In this document: in pieces, positions 24,601-35,246 of the stretch
Numbering within the stretch: position 1 is the first letter of the stretch
Layout of the letters: each line of letters starts with the position of its first letter
Source: Phoronis australis
Lineage: Eukaryota; Animalia; Phoronida
Length of the DNA: 64,000 bases
NCBI GenBank assembly: GCA_002633005.1
Contig: NMRA01000734.1
Location: 62,001-126,000 of the forward strand
Direction of reading: 5' to 3'
Made by a program: the position numbers and the translations under genes
Notes under the pieces: generated by a model
What the model saw: only the letters and a program-made list of their open reading frames with translations
Told to the model about the DNA's origin: nothing
Databases searched by the model: none

Positions 24601-27600
24601 CGCACGTGGCCAGGAAGCGCGCGCTACATACATGAACCTGTCATCAAAGACATTAGTCGGGAACTATCCATTCATGAAACGGGTAGCATAGCATCGATAA
24701 GAAATGAATATTGGCACTAATTTCCGACAATTTCTAATACTATAAAATATGTTTGCGTTATTTTTGAGATGGATTGTTTGATTAACCATAACTGGTGTTT
24801 TTAAGCCGAATATCCGATAAAATGACATCTGACAGTGAATGCTTACACACCCTTACACCGAAAAATAACTGTCAGAAAGTTATGTACGCATCCAGCTACA
24901 CGGCGACTAATATGGGCCTTACCGAGACAAATGTCGAAAGTTTTTAGCACGAGACCGGCAAGTGCTGAATAAAACACGCTCTGGTTTAGGCCTACTACTT
25001 GTGCAAATTTCTTTAAACACATCTAGCTAGTTAGATGGAGTGGCTCTGGCCAAAAGACGGTCTCTGCTTTGGCAAATGAACTCTGGTGACACGCACGCGC
25101 TCGCTTACTCGCAGACGAACTTCAAAACAAACGTCACGTGACAACAACATGTGTGTTCATCCAGACATTTTTCTCGCCGTGTTGCCGATTATACAGTCAT
25201 GTAGATGGCACGATGTTGCACAGATTTGTACTTAAACCTGCCGTTAATCCAGACTCCACGGGAACTTAAAAAATTTTTGAGACGCTACTTATAAAACTTA
25301 ATGAGGATTTCAGGTAATTTGCTTGAGTCGAAACCATTTTTTATTCAAGCATTGATTTCGAGGCAGTCAGTTGGCGAGTCTTCGCCCTGGGATTTCAGTA
25401 CAATTTTCTGTAAAATGATCACAATTTCGCAGCAAAGTTATAGCAATGCACCACAGTTTTGTTGAAAGTCTTTCATAGATTACATATACCAGGGCTTGGA
25501 ATGGCAAATGGAGAATAACACGGAAATTTTTACGGGCCGAAACATGCGCGCAGCCGGCCTTGAAAAAGTCGGGGCTTACCCTTTGCAGACAGAAATCGCG
25601 TCTGTCTTAGCTCGTCCGCCACTCCCGCCTCCAAACAATTTTGGCTCCATAGTCGTAGTATTTGTCACCGCGGTTTACAATCATACGAGCCGAAATCCAC
25701 CACGCTTTTCCAGATGCCCCGGCAATGTTGACAATTTACGTTCCTCCGAAACATAAAGAGCAACTTCCGCTTTTCGAGGTGTAAGTCGTCGGCAACGCGG
25801 CGGTAAGAAATTTGCCGTGGAAATTTTATACGAAATCCGATTTTTTTACGCGGAAATATAATAAAATACGCGGAAAGAACATTTGAAAAAACCGGAAATC
25901 CGCGTTTCCGCGGAAAATTCCAAGCCCTGATATACGTCACAGAGCGTAAATTTGATGAATCTTAGCGGGTTTCAACCGCCTTGGGTTATAATAAGTGCCC
26001 CCCCCGAACCGAACTTTTCTGAGCGCCCTGGGCGGTTATTACGGCGAATACGGTATGTACAATTCATGGAGTAGTTTCCTGATCTTAATTAACTATCAGC
26101 ATAATAGAGTGAAAACGGAAAAGCAGGGAATAGTTTGGCAGCAGTCCCTCTTGTGCGAAAAAATTTGTTGAATACACGACTGTGTTGTCTATTTAGACCT
26201 TCAGTGGACATTCACCCAAACTCTCAGTATATTTGACAGTCCTCCAAAGGGCAAGAGTAGACCGCCAATGGACATTGGTTCCAAAACGGATCTTTCTTTA
26301 ATACTATCATATGTTGATATATACGGGAGGGTACGATAAACACACCAGGTCCGGACAAACAAAAACATACCTCTCCAACTGCATGATCAAGATATCTCTG
26401 TAACAGTGCAGCACAATGAGGCACTGGTAGTTTACCCAGTTCCAGCTCCATAAGGATTCCTGAGAAGTGAGGTCGAATTCTGTCAGTGACATCAGGCACA
26501 CGATGCACACCACTATATTGGAACTTGTTGGTCGACGTCAGCAGCAGTTTGACCTGCGAATAAGCATTACGTCCGTGATCTGCGACTGGTGCAACTAGCT
26601 AGACCAGTCGCCCAATCACATCAGTGAGAACCATATCATTAATTTACGCTAGTACGGTCATGAAACTCAACCGGGACATTCTCTTTCACTACACTGTAAT
26701 CTTGCATAATCTTGCCAAAGTCACACAAAATTTGCCTTACGGAACACACCCCAGGTGCGCATCACTACTACGCTGGATATAACTATCACGTGACCTGGTA
26801 CGAATCATTGAAAGACACAACTGTGATAAGACCATCTTATGGTGCCATCACCTTCCATAACTGTGCACCAAACCATGACCCAGAAAAACTAAATACCTCG
26901 TAATTTTATTAATCTATTTTGTTACTGTACGCATCCTTATTCTCAGAGTTAAAGTCGGCATGACAAAATGCAGTGAAATACAAACTTGATCCTTGGAATA
27001 CTCGTCTCCATAATTCTATCGACATCTTGACATGATTGGCAAAGCAAATGATACGACCCCACAATGCAAAGCCAAGTACGCACGTTAGTCATTAATTAGT
27101 GATTCACAAACTAGCTTCAACTGACCAATCACAAAAGGGAATGCCTATATTCAAATTGCATTACATATCTGTGATCAAGATACATCTCATTGATTACATC
27201 TTGCTTTCTACACTTTTTCTGTCAATTTAAGGAGTTTTCTCCCTCGATCTTCACTCACCTCGTGCTTCAAAATTCTGATGATAAATTTATAAAACCTTTT
27301 TATCTTTAACCGACTTTCTGAAGAGAAACAAATGCTCAAAATCCATAACATTTTAAACGAAGTGATTTTTTAGGCCCTCAAAGTAGTAGAATGGGGGTAA
27401 ATCTGTGACAGTTCACAGTCTTCACTGACCACCACTGGACAAATGACCGAGGGCGCGTATCTAAATACCTTATTGTTTGTAATCCTACAAAGAATGTCAT
27501 GTAGATGATGCACAAAACATTCAAGTCGATCCGAATGACACAGGTCATCAACATCGTCCAAAAGAAACAGAGTTTCTGAAACACAACAAAAGGGATTTCA

Positions 27601-30600
27601 AACACTGTGACAAGGGAACACTCAGTACTCACAAGGTGGGGCTAATGCAGGAGGGACCGTTTTTCTTATTGGAATAGTCTAGACAAAGCAAAAGTGTTGG
27701 TGGGATTAGGGTCCCATGTGTAAATTAGTGGGATTAGGGTCCCATGTGAAAACCAGAATGCAATAATTTTTCAGTTTAAACTAGCGCCACCTATCACGTT
27801 TTGAGCTTCACGTGAAGCTGTATGTAAATGAGCTGATAACCCACAAGGCAGAGAATGCTAAATAAAATGGCTGAGGTCAAAGAAGCACCATTGGTTCAGG
27901 TCTGTACCCTGACTCATTTTGACACCTACGGTCACTTCTTAAAAAAATGCACCTGGCTGTTCCCTCACATCCATTTTGGTCAAGGTCTCGAACTTTTTTG
28001 AAGATCCCACAACGACACACAAGAAGGTTTCAAATGCCACTGCTCATTTTTTGACCAGTTAGGCACACAGACGCACGCACACGCACACACACACACACAC
28101 GCACACGCACACACACACACACACGCACACACAAAATGATGCAGAGTACTGCTCGTAAAATGGAGCCACAGTAGCCATTTTGCGTACGATTTCCGAAAAC
28201 AATAGGCCCCGAGCTTGAGACAATGCATATGTTGTGCGTTAATTCCATGCTCATCGGATCAGAAATGCAAAGGGAGTGAACGAAGAAACAAACACACATA
28301 TCTAACCTTAACAAAGTGATAAATACTGAGAACACCACACATGATGACTTTTTGACAAGCTAAACAGTTATTGATGACACAGGGCTTCAATGTGCAACGT
28401 ACCTTGTGTTATCTCCCTCAAGCAACATGCCAGTGAGGCTTTGAGATCACTTAGTGTTAGTAACTCATATGGAAGGGCCTCCACAGCTCTCAACACTTCA
28501 CTTAACATCAGTTCCATACGATCAACTCCACTGAAAGGACAAAGGGGAAATAATTTACAATATAAATACAATTCGGGATAAAGTGATCACTAAAACTGCT
28601 ACAATTTTATTTTACAAATTCTTACGGCTCGTCGTGCGTTGTGACAAGTGCTCAAAACTTGACCAAATGCTTGAAATTCTCATCTGCTACATTCAGTGCA
28701 AAACTGATCAAAAGTACTTTTATTGTATGAATGTGTCGTGAACAGCACAGTAAGCCCATGCCCCTGTTTTTTTTTGTGGAAAAATTCAGAATACAAGCAA
28801 ATGGGCGTACTTTTGATCATGACACGTTAGTAACATCTATGGTTTACAATATGGCCAGCGTCAAATAAGTCGAATAGGGTTTACAGTGAAGAATGTCACT
28901 ACCTTCGTATGAATACAAAAACCACAACACATTTCACTGAACTATCTGAAGTATATTATTTCGTATCTATACCATGGATTGAGAGTAAGTGAAATTTTAA
29001 TTTTTCATCAGATTCAAGTATTACCAAACGATGCTTTACGCCCAGATATAATGCTTTCCAGCACTTTCTGGGCTTGATTCTTATTATTGTTCAATGTATT
29101 TTTCATAATAATAAACATTAAAAAATGCTTTACCATGCTGAAAGCCTCATGAGGCGATTATCATTAATTTAACAAAAGCAACGCAAAGAACCGCAATGCG
29201 CCCATGACTGCAGTGCAAACGATATGCTTCAAAGGGCGTTTATTACAATCATAAAATTACTATTAGGTGGAGAAGGATATGTCGAACCTGTCCAAAAATG
29301 AAAAGGCCTCGTCACCTTCATAATAGGAACCGATTTGCCAAATTTCATGAAAATCCGCGCATGAACTCCAAAGAGAGAGAGGCAAATTTTAAGAAAAGAG
29401 AATTGCCAATACAAGACACAGAGGCAGTCAGATCCATCTGAAAGAAGTTGTCATCTGTTGTCGCGTTCATACAGGAATACACTTACAAAATTTCACAAAG
29501 ATCCAGCAAGGGGCTTAGGCGATACAACTGCGGATGCAAAAAATGCCACTAGGGGCGTCATAGTAGTCAAACCAGTCTGAAAATCTCCAACAGTCGTGCT
29601 GTCGTCAGTAGAAACCCATCTACTATTTTCTGAAAGATCTTTTGAGTAGTAGAGAGGCCGACGCTAAGAAACAGACTTGAAAATAATAAAAAATGGCTGC
29701 TTGGTGGCACAGACTACATCTAATGTGTCCAAAAATCTTGTCTCCGTAATTAATAAAATAATCTAGTTGCACAGTTTAATGATACTCTGTCATGACACTC
29801 AGAAGATACAGAAGTAAACACAAAAAATACAATTGCCACTAAGGGGAACAGCAGCACAGTCAGACCCGCCAAAAGGTTGTCATCATTAATTGCCACATTC
29901 ATAGATAAACCCTTGCCAAATGTCACAAAGATCACGCAAAGGATTAAGAAGATAAAGTTGCAGAAGCAAAAAAACAGTCGTCAGAAAATCAGCCGTGGTC
30001 TTCTGAGCTGGAACGCATCTGACAATTTTGATAACAATCTTTGGAGTGGTTCTGCAGACAAGGAAGAAGACTTCAAAAATCACAGATTCATAAATTGTGA
30101 AAATAATTCATTAGGTACTGGTGCAGAATATACAAATCCATGTGAAATTGAGAGTAAAGACCATGCAAGAGGTTAAGGAGATACAGGGAACACCGCAGTT
30201 GTCAGACTCATGTCAAAGTCAACGTCAGCCTTAATCTTCTCAGCAGGATCAGGTCTGCCAATTTTCATTATTCTTCAAGGGGTTTAGCATACACAGTGCA
30301 ACAGAGGCTGGACGCCCTAAGATGACCGCAATATGCACCAACATAACTATGAAAACGTGGGGCACAAAAAACAATATTTTGATGAAAAATTATGGGCATT
30401 CACAACTGTTGGAATTCCCTGAAAAAAAGGTAAAGGCAGATTTGATGATATGAATACATTGTTTTGAAACCGGTATAATATCTACCTAGCCGTTGCAATG
30501 CCACACACATTGTCTACATCCAGTATGTTTCAACGGCCCTAAGGTTCATGTGTTTTCATGCCTGGTCTTAGTGCTAGATATTTTTATCACTTTTGAATTT

Positions 30601-31982
30601 GGGAAAGCAAAATTCTATCACGATCGTAAACTACTACCATGAAATAATATAGCTCATGGAGATGAACTGGTCGCATTCCATTGGACTGAGGTTCTTGCGA
30701 AAAAGATGCAAGGCCCCACATGTATCAAGCACGCGATGACACTACCTTGTTCATGAGTCTACATTACATAGCCCTGTACTCACTTGAGATGGATTCTGTG
30801 CACCTCCCAATACAGCTCATGGCTCATTCTGTATACAACTTTCTGTGCCAAGCTAGTCTTGCCAATGCCTCTCATTCCACTTATACTGACAGCTGAAAAT
30901 GGAAATACCTTGATGTCAATGGGAGACCTTCAAATAGCAATGTGGTGATTTGTCACATGGGGCTGGATACCAGTAGCCTCTAAAGAACAAGGAGGAACTT
31001 TTGTTTAAAACAATCACGTCTAATCACAGACATTGTGAAAGTGTCTTTTCACAAAGGCAAATGATTCCCCCACACCATCCGCTGTGAAGACAAAGTACCT
31101 CCTGGTACAGCTAGATGGCGTTAAGAGTCACTGGTCCCATGTGATCAGCCCCCATTGCTTCTTGAAAATCTCCCAATCATCTCAATCCATGCAATCTAAT
31201 CTTCCACACAGAGATAAATTTTAGGATTACAATACATACTTCTGAGAGAGTTCACACAAAAAGAATTGATATATTGTTATTTTTAAGAAAACCCTCTACC
31301 TTGATACTGAAAACCAACATTCTGCTAGCGAGTTTTAGAATAGCACACTGTTGAGATTTTCACTAAAACTTAAAATTTCACTTCTCTATCATATCTTGTG
31401 CTAAATAAGAATGCTAGAAACCCAATTATCAATAATAAATGGATAAATGGTTTGTATTACCACAAGTGAATTTTTTGAATTGGACACTGCAAACAACTAA
31501 ACCCTTTCAAACAGATTACCTTTCACAGTACTGTCTTGAAACATTCCCATAATCTCTTCAATTTCTTTCTTTCTCCCAAAAAACATGTCATCATCTTTCA
31601 AACCTGTCTTCTCCTCATGTTCAGCACAATCTCGCAAGTAATCAGTTAGAATCTCATGTATCGGCATGTCGAGGTACCTTCCATGACTCATATGTCTACA
31701 ACCCATTGTGCGGAATGCATTGATGGAGACATTAATAGCCTTCTTCTTGCCCATTTTTTCTATCAGTGTATCGAATACTTTAGTGGTTGTCATGACTTCA
31801 TCTTCACCTTCAAACTCCTTCCACAGGCGGTGGTAGTCTGCTTTTCCCACCTGTTCAGCGATGAGACTTAAGAATCGCTTTCTGTCCTCTGCCAACAACT
31901 CGCCTTCAATCTCGTCAATTATGACTCTCAGCGGATCAATCTGAGTTGGGTTCGAGCCCACAGGACTTGAACAAGACGCCAT
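12521..31982 (-). CDS. STAND/NLR-like protein A (death-fold-like N-terminus, NB-ARC-type ATPase, TPR repeats, acidic tail), about 1014 aa, 10 coding exons
   Basis: Exons 31982-31520, 30892-30784, 28530-28403, 27575-27469, 26553-26371, 23728-22144, 20330-20125, 17070-16983, 16530-16480, 12645-12521. All GT-AG, phase-consistent, summing to 3045 nt. Motifs FFGRKKEIEEI, Walker A VSISGMRGIGKTSLA, Walker B LFLLDDVD, KLLLTS, LCQQNPYL, LSVFLSEFD, TPR-like helices. Confidence 0.88.
13300..13975. repeat. 33-bp minisatellite (AGGAACAATCCCTGTAACAGTGGATGTGATGTA), about 20 copies, in the last intron of gene A
   Basis: Contiguous near-identical units with occasional 2-bp deletions and degenerate ends. Confidence 0.95.
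15493..16208. mobile_element. Non-autonomous TIR element (MITE) with 5-bp TSD
   Basis: TIR CTAGGCTCG(T/C)GCTAG; GCACC duplicated at 15488-15492 and 16209-16213. Confidence 0.7.
16480..16530 (-). CDS. Gene A exon 9 (51 nt)
   Basis: ttttttag acceptor and gtaagt donor, symmetric phase 1; DSEEEVVSRPKIQKQDS. Confidence 0.7.
16983..17070 (-). CDS. Gene A exon 8 (Ser/Asp-rich)
   Basis: Strong polypyrimidine acceptor; SLNIGVPIPKSDSESSSSDGD, similar to paralogue GSPIAGTDSEHSRSSSSS. Confidence 0.75.
17765..19477. mobile_element. Helentron-associated (HINE/DINE-like) non-autonomous element with internal tandem repeats of about 145 bp
   Basis: Sub-terminal inverted repeat ATGCGCCCAC (17792) / GTGGGCGCAT (19463); terminal stem-loop 19443-19472; GACG microrepeat before it; A-run ends. 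Confidence 0.7.
20125..20330 (-). CDS. Gene A exon 7
   Basis: 206 nt, FVAKDIGKG..HDVFW; paralogue 206 nt, FLAEDIGRG..HDYNW. Confidence 0.85.
22144..23728 (-). CDS. Gene A exon 6: HD1/winged-helix and TPR repeats
   Basis: Lies within the 546-aa ORF; acceptor ttgcag, donor gtaagt. Confidence 0.92.
24234..26053. mobile_element. Tc1/mariner (pogo/Tigger-like) non-autonomous element, TA TSD
   Basis: TA|tcctattcgtcgtaataaccgccca ... tgggcggttattacggcgaatacgg|TA; subterminal ataagcgccccc repeats. Confidence 0.75.
25490..25929. mobile_element. hAT-like MITE nested in the mariner-type element
   Basis: TIR CAGGGCTTGGAA / TTCCAAGCCCTG; ATATAC flanks both ends; many internal cggaa repeats. Confidence 0.75.
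26371..26553 (-). CDS. Gene A exon 5: sensor-1/RNBS-B region
   Basis: 183 nt, VKLLLTSTNKFQY...IRPHFSGILMELEL; donor gtatgt. Confidence 0.88.
27469..27575 (-). CDS. Gene A exon 4: Walker B (LFLLDDVD)
   Basis: 107 nt, ETLFLLDDVDDLCHSDRLE; paralogue has ETIFFLDNVDQLCHSDRME. Confidence 0.88.
28063..28133. repeat. (CA)n/(CACG)n microsatellite
   Basis: Direct inspection. Confidence 0.9.
28403..28530 (-). CDS. Gene A exon 3
   Basis: 128 nt, GVDRMELMLSEVL...; matches paralogue exon size and sequence. Confidence 0.85.
29171..30370. mobile_element. Second, more diverged HINE-like element of the 17765 family
   Basis: Start aacaaaagcaacgc...aatgcgccca; internal gccactaggggc and cagtcagatccatctgaaag units; end ...gtggggcacaaaaa. 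Confidence 0.6.
30784..30892 (-). CDS. Gene A exon 2: Walker A (GMRGIGKT)
   Basis: ttttcag acceptor and gtgagt donor; 109 nt, same size as paralogue exon. Confidence 0.9.
31520..31982 (-). CDS. Gene A exon 1: death-fold (PYD/DED-like) domain and start of NB-ARC
   Basis: ATG at 31982 just after a tttcag acceptor; donor G|gtaatc; ends ...MFFGRKKEIEEIMGMFQDSTVK. Confidence 0.88.
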
Positions 31983-34273
31983 GCAGCCTGAAATCTAATG
32001 CATTACAGAACATTGACGTAAACAGACGACCTCCATGGAAAATAGAGGCAGGTGAGTATACTAGTCAGGTTTGTAGTTGGAAGGGCCTACAGAAGGCCTC
32101 TGCCGGAATTTCCAAAAATAGACCCATACAAATGTACACCCATGGTCGCATTTTCAGAAAATTTTTCCAAAAATATGCCCATGTGCATATTTTTGGTAAC
32201 TGTTCGCAAGATATTTTGAAAAATCGGAAGGATTGTTCAGATATTGGGTGACTGTTGCTATACTCATCGTATTAGCACAGTATAAAGGATGTCCAATTTT
32301 GGCAACACAGTTTCTGAAAATACGCCTGAGCGTATATTCGGTTTCATTTGACGTTTTTAAAAGATTGTTTTCCAAATATCCATCCATGGGTACATTTTCG
32401 GAAATTCCCGGTAGTAATAGACTAACCTTTGGCCACTTGGTAGGCGTTTTCCCTCTTAGACAGGGGGAGCAAACACAAAAATGAAATGAGTTTCAACTGC
32501 GGCAGGGCTCTTTTGCAATGGCCCTGTATGGCCCCTCAAGGCAATGCTAGTGTTGGTAGTCACAGGAAGATACTTTTAGAGGGGTGTCAAACAATGATAC
32601 GACCTTGAACATGGTTTCGCGCACTGTAATTTGGTTTTGGCCTCAATGCCTCAATAACTATTCCTGATTACCCTGGTTGAATTAAGCAGGGGTCTGACAT
32701 GACATACCACAATATATAACTTTTAAAGAGCTATTCCATACATCTGGACACCAGGATTATTAGGCCTTAAAGGAACAGGAGACCGGCGTTTTACCGTTGA
32801 TGAAAATCAAATTGAATGTTTTGATAGTTTCAAATTTTCCTAACAAAGGAAGAACTTGTTTGTCTTACCAAGAAGAATGTAAAAACCAACTACAGGTAAA
32901 AATAGCTGAATTCATGAATTGTCGTGAGATGGTGTGAGGTTACTGATTGAAAATCACATAACAGATACTAGTACTCTGTGACCCGGGGCTTGTTTGGAAC
33001 TATTTTGTTTCAACTAATTCCACAACAATTAGGGTTGCTCATGCAGACATAGTAATGTTTTTGAAAGCCAAAACTCTTTGGCTAAGAAAAAGATGTTTAA
33101 AGCGACACCTGACCAGCTTTAACCAGTTGTAGCTAAAATGGTTGTATCTCTAATTTTTATAGGCAAACAATTCAATACCATGCTTTATGAATGCAACTGA
33201 ATGTGAACTACAGTTACAGCAATGTTTGCCTCTTACAAAACCTGCAATGTAGGTTTTGCAATAACATGCCTTTGACTGGCTTGGCTAAGACTGGACCCCC
33301 TCGCTATCAAGCTGCTAGACTGTTTTTGTTATTGTATTTTTCCACTAAATTATTCAAATATCATAGTACCAATCTACAAACATTGTTTTTCTCTCAACAC
33401 ATACTGCGAATGTTATCAAGCTTGTCCAATTTCGTTGCAGAAATTATCAATATGTCATCAACACTTGCGTTCTTGGGATGATATGGCGTAAAACTAACAC
33501 TAGTACAACTGAACTGAACTTCAACAGCACTCATTTTCAAAATACTGTAAGTAATGTTCATGCTGCCTATTGTATACCACCATGCAGTCACCTGTGCGAT
33601 TTTATTTATATCTATCTATTCGGCAGCCTCACGGCATGTATCATACCCTTGACAAAGAGCGCATTGCTCGAAACGTGGGGAACATTTCAATATATTTTAG
33701 TACTCGTAGTTTTATTTTTACTAATTCATATTCTTATCCATCAGTAACTGCACAGCATTCTAGCATCTATTTGACTAATCCATTTTAACTAACATTGTCG
33801 TATTAACACATTTGGTTTAATTTTGTTTTAGTTATAGTAAGCAGCTGTGAAATGATTCTGTTTAAAATGAGCGATCGGAAGTTCGTAGAAATGTGTCTAA
33901 AAGAAGAAACTTTTCAGTTGAATTGTGCAGAGATTTTACCAGGTTATAAGCGGAGTGGCATGAGAGAAGGGAACAACTTTTGCCGTGGGGCAGCAGTGAA
34001 TAAATGCGGGGGCAGAATAGGTTCTGCCACGAGCAAAGAGATTGAAATGTCCACGAGATGCAAAGTGGTCCGGGAGACAGATTAACGCATCAGGGAGAGA
34101 GGACAATCAGCGTGCGCAAGAGAAGAATTTTGCCCGAACCACGCACAGGCCAGGAAGTCTAAGTGCCTTGAGTTCGGTGACCATGAGTCATGACCCATCT
34201 ATTCTATTTACATTCAACCTGTTCAAGGCACCAGTGACCAGTTGCATAAAACAATCACCCACTACTTCCATCA

Positions 34274-34380
34274 GGATGGTTATCTCTTCCTAGTATTGTT
34301 AGTTCGTTATTAGTTCGTTATTAGTTTGTTATTAGTTCGTTATCTAATAAACTAATAATACTAGGAAAAGATAACCATCC
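34274..34380. repeat. Hairpin with about 30-bp stem enclosing 12-bp tandem repeats
   Basis: ggatggttatctcttcctagtattgttagtt / aactaataatactaggaaaagataaccatcc; internal repeats of a TTAGTTCGTTA(T)-type unit. Confidence 0.75.
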
Positions 34381-35065
34381 CGGTCATCTCTTCCTAATAC
34401 AGACAGTCAGTTGACAAACGAGTAAAGGCCTAACGGAAAGATAGCTGAGGACGCCTGTGGTTAAAGCAGTCTAGGTGGCCTGTTGGTAGGCAATGCAATC
34501 GCCGGCACACTAACAATCTAGGTCAAATTAGAGACTGTATACTGCGCAAAACAAGATCATTAATATTCAAAGACTATCTGTAATGCTCTTGGCTAGCTAG
34601 GCAATTACATCGCCTGGCTAACTGAGGGGCTACGTGGTGCCTATTCATTGCCATTGGCTTGACGCGCTGCCCGACTATCGATCATCAGGCTTAGTTGGTA
34701 GGCTACAATCCGATTACATCATAAATAAGATTACCATAAACACACGTCATCGGAAACTACGCTTCTTCTCATCTTCAAAATTCCAAATAGAAAATACCTG
34801 TATTCGACAGCTGCACGATTAAGAGTAAAACTCTATTGTTTCGTGTTCCATAAATGTCGTCGGTGGACACCGACTGCGGTCCTTGGCTTGGGCTAAAAGG
34901 TCAATCGAAGCGCTCCAGTCGTTGAGGGGCGCTGTTATCCCTCGTCCGCCGAGTCCCTTCGCTTTCAGTCACCAGGTGGCAACAAAGAAATAGCTATATT
35001 TGTCTTGATTCAGTCATGCGGTCTCGTCCACCCTTCCGAGTCCAGGCAGCTCCGGACCCAGTCTG

Positions 35066-35246
35066 CAGGGGCGTATCCAGGATTCTGAGTTGGGGTGGGG
35101 GGCATAAGATTATTAGCCAGGATTTTACCCGTCTGAAATTCGGCGCACCCCCGGATCCGATACTCATGCCAATCGGGGCGAATTTTAGGGGGGGGGGGCA
35201 TGGTCCCCTTGGGCCCCCGCGGCCTGCCTCCCTGAATCCTCCTCTG
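35066..35246. mobile_element. GC-rich hAT-like MITE with 5-bp TSD
   Basis: CAGGGGCGTATCCAG ... CTGAATCCTCCTCTG flanked by GTCTG on both sides. Confidence 0.65.
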
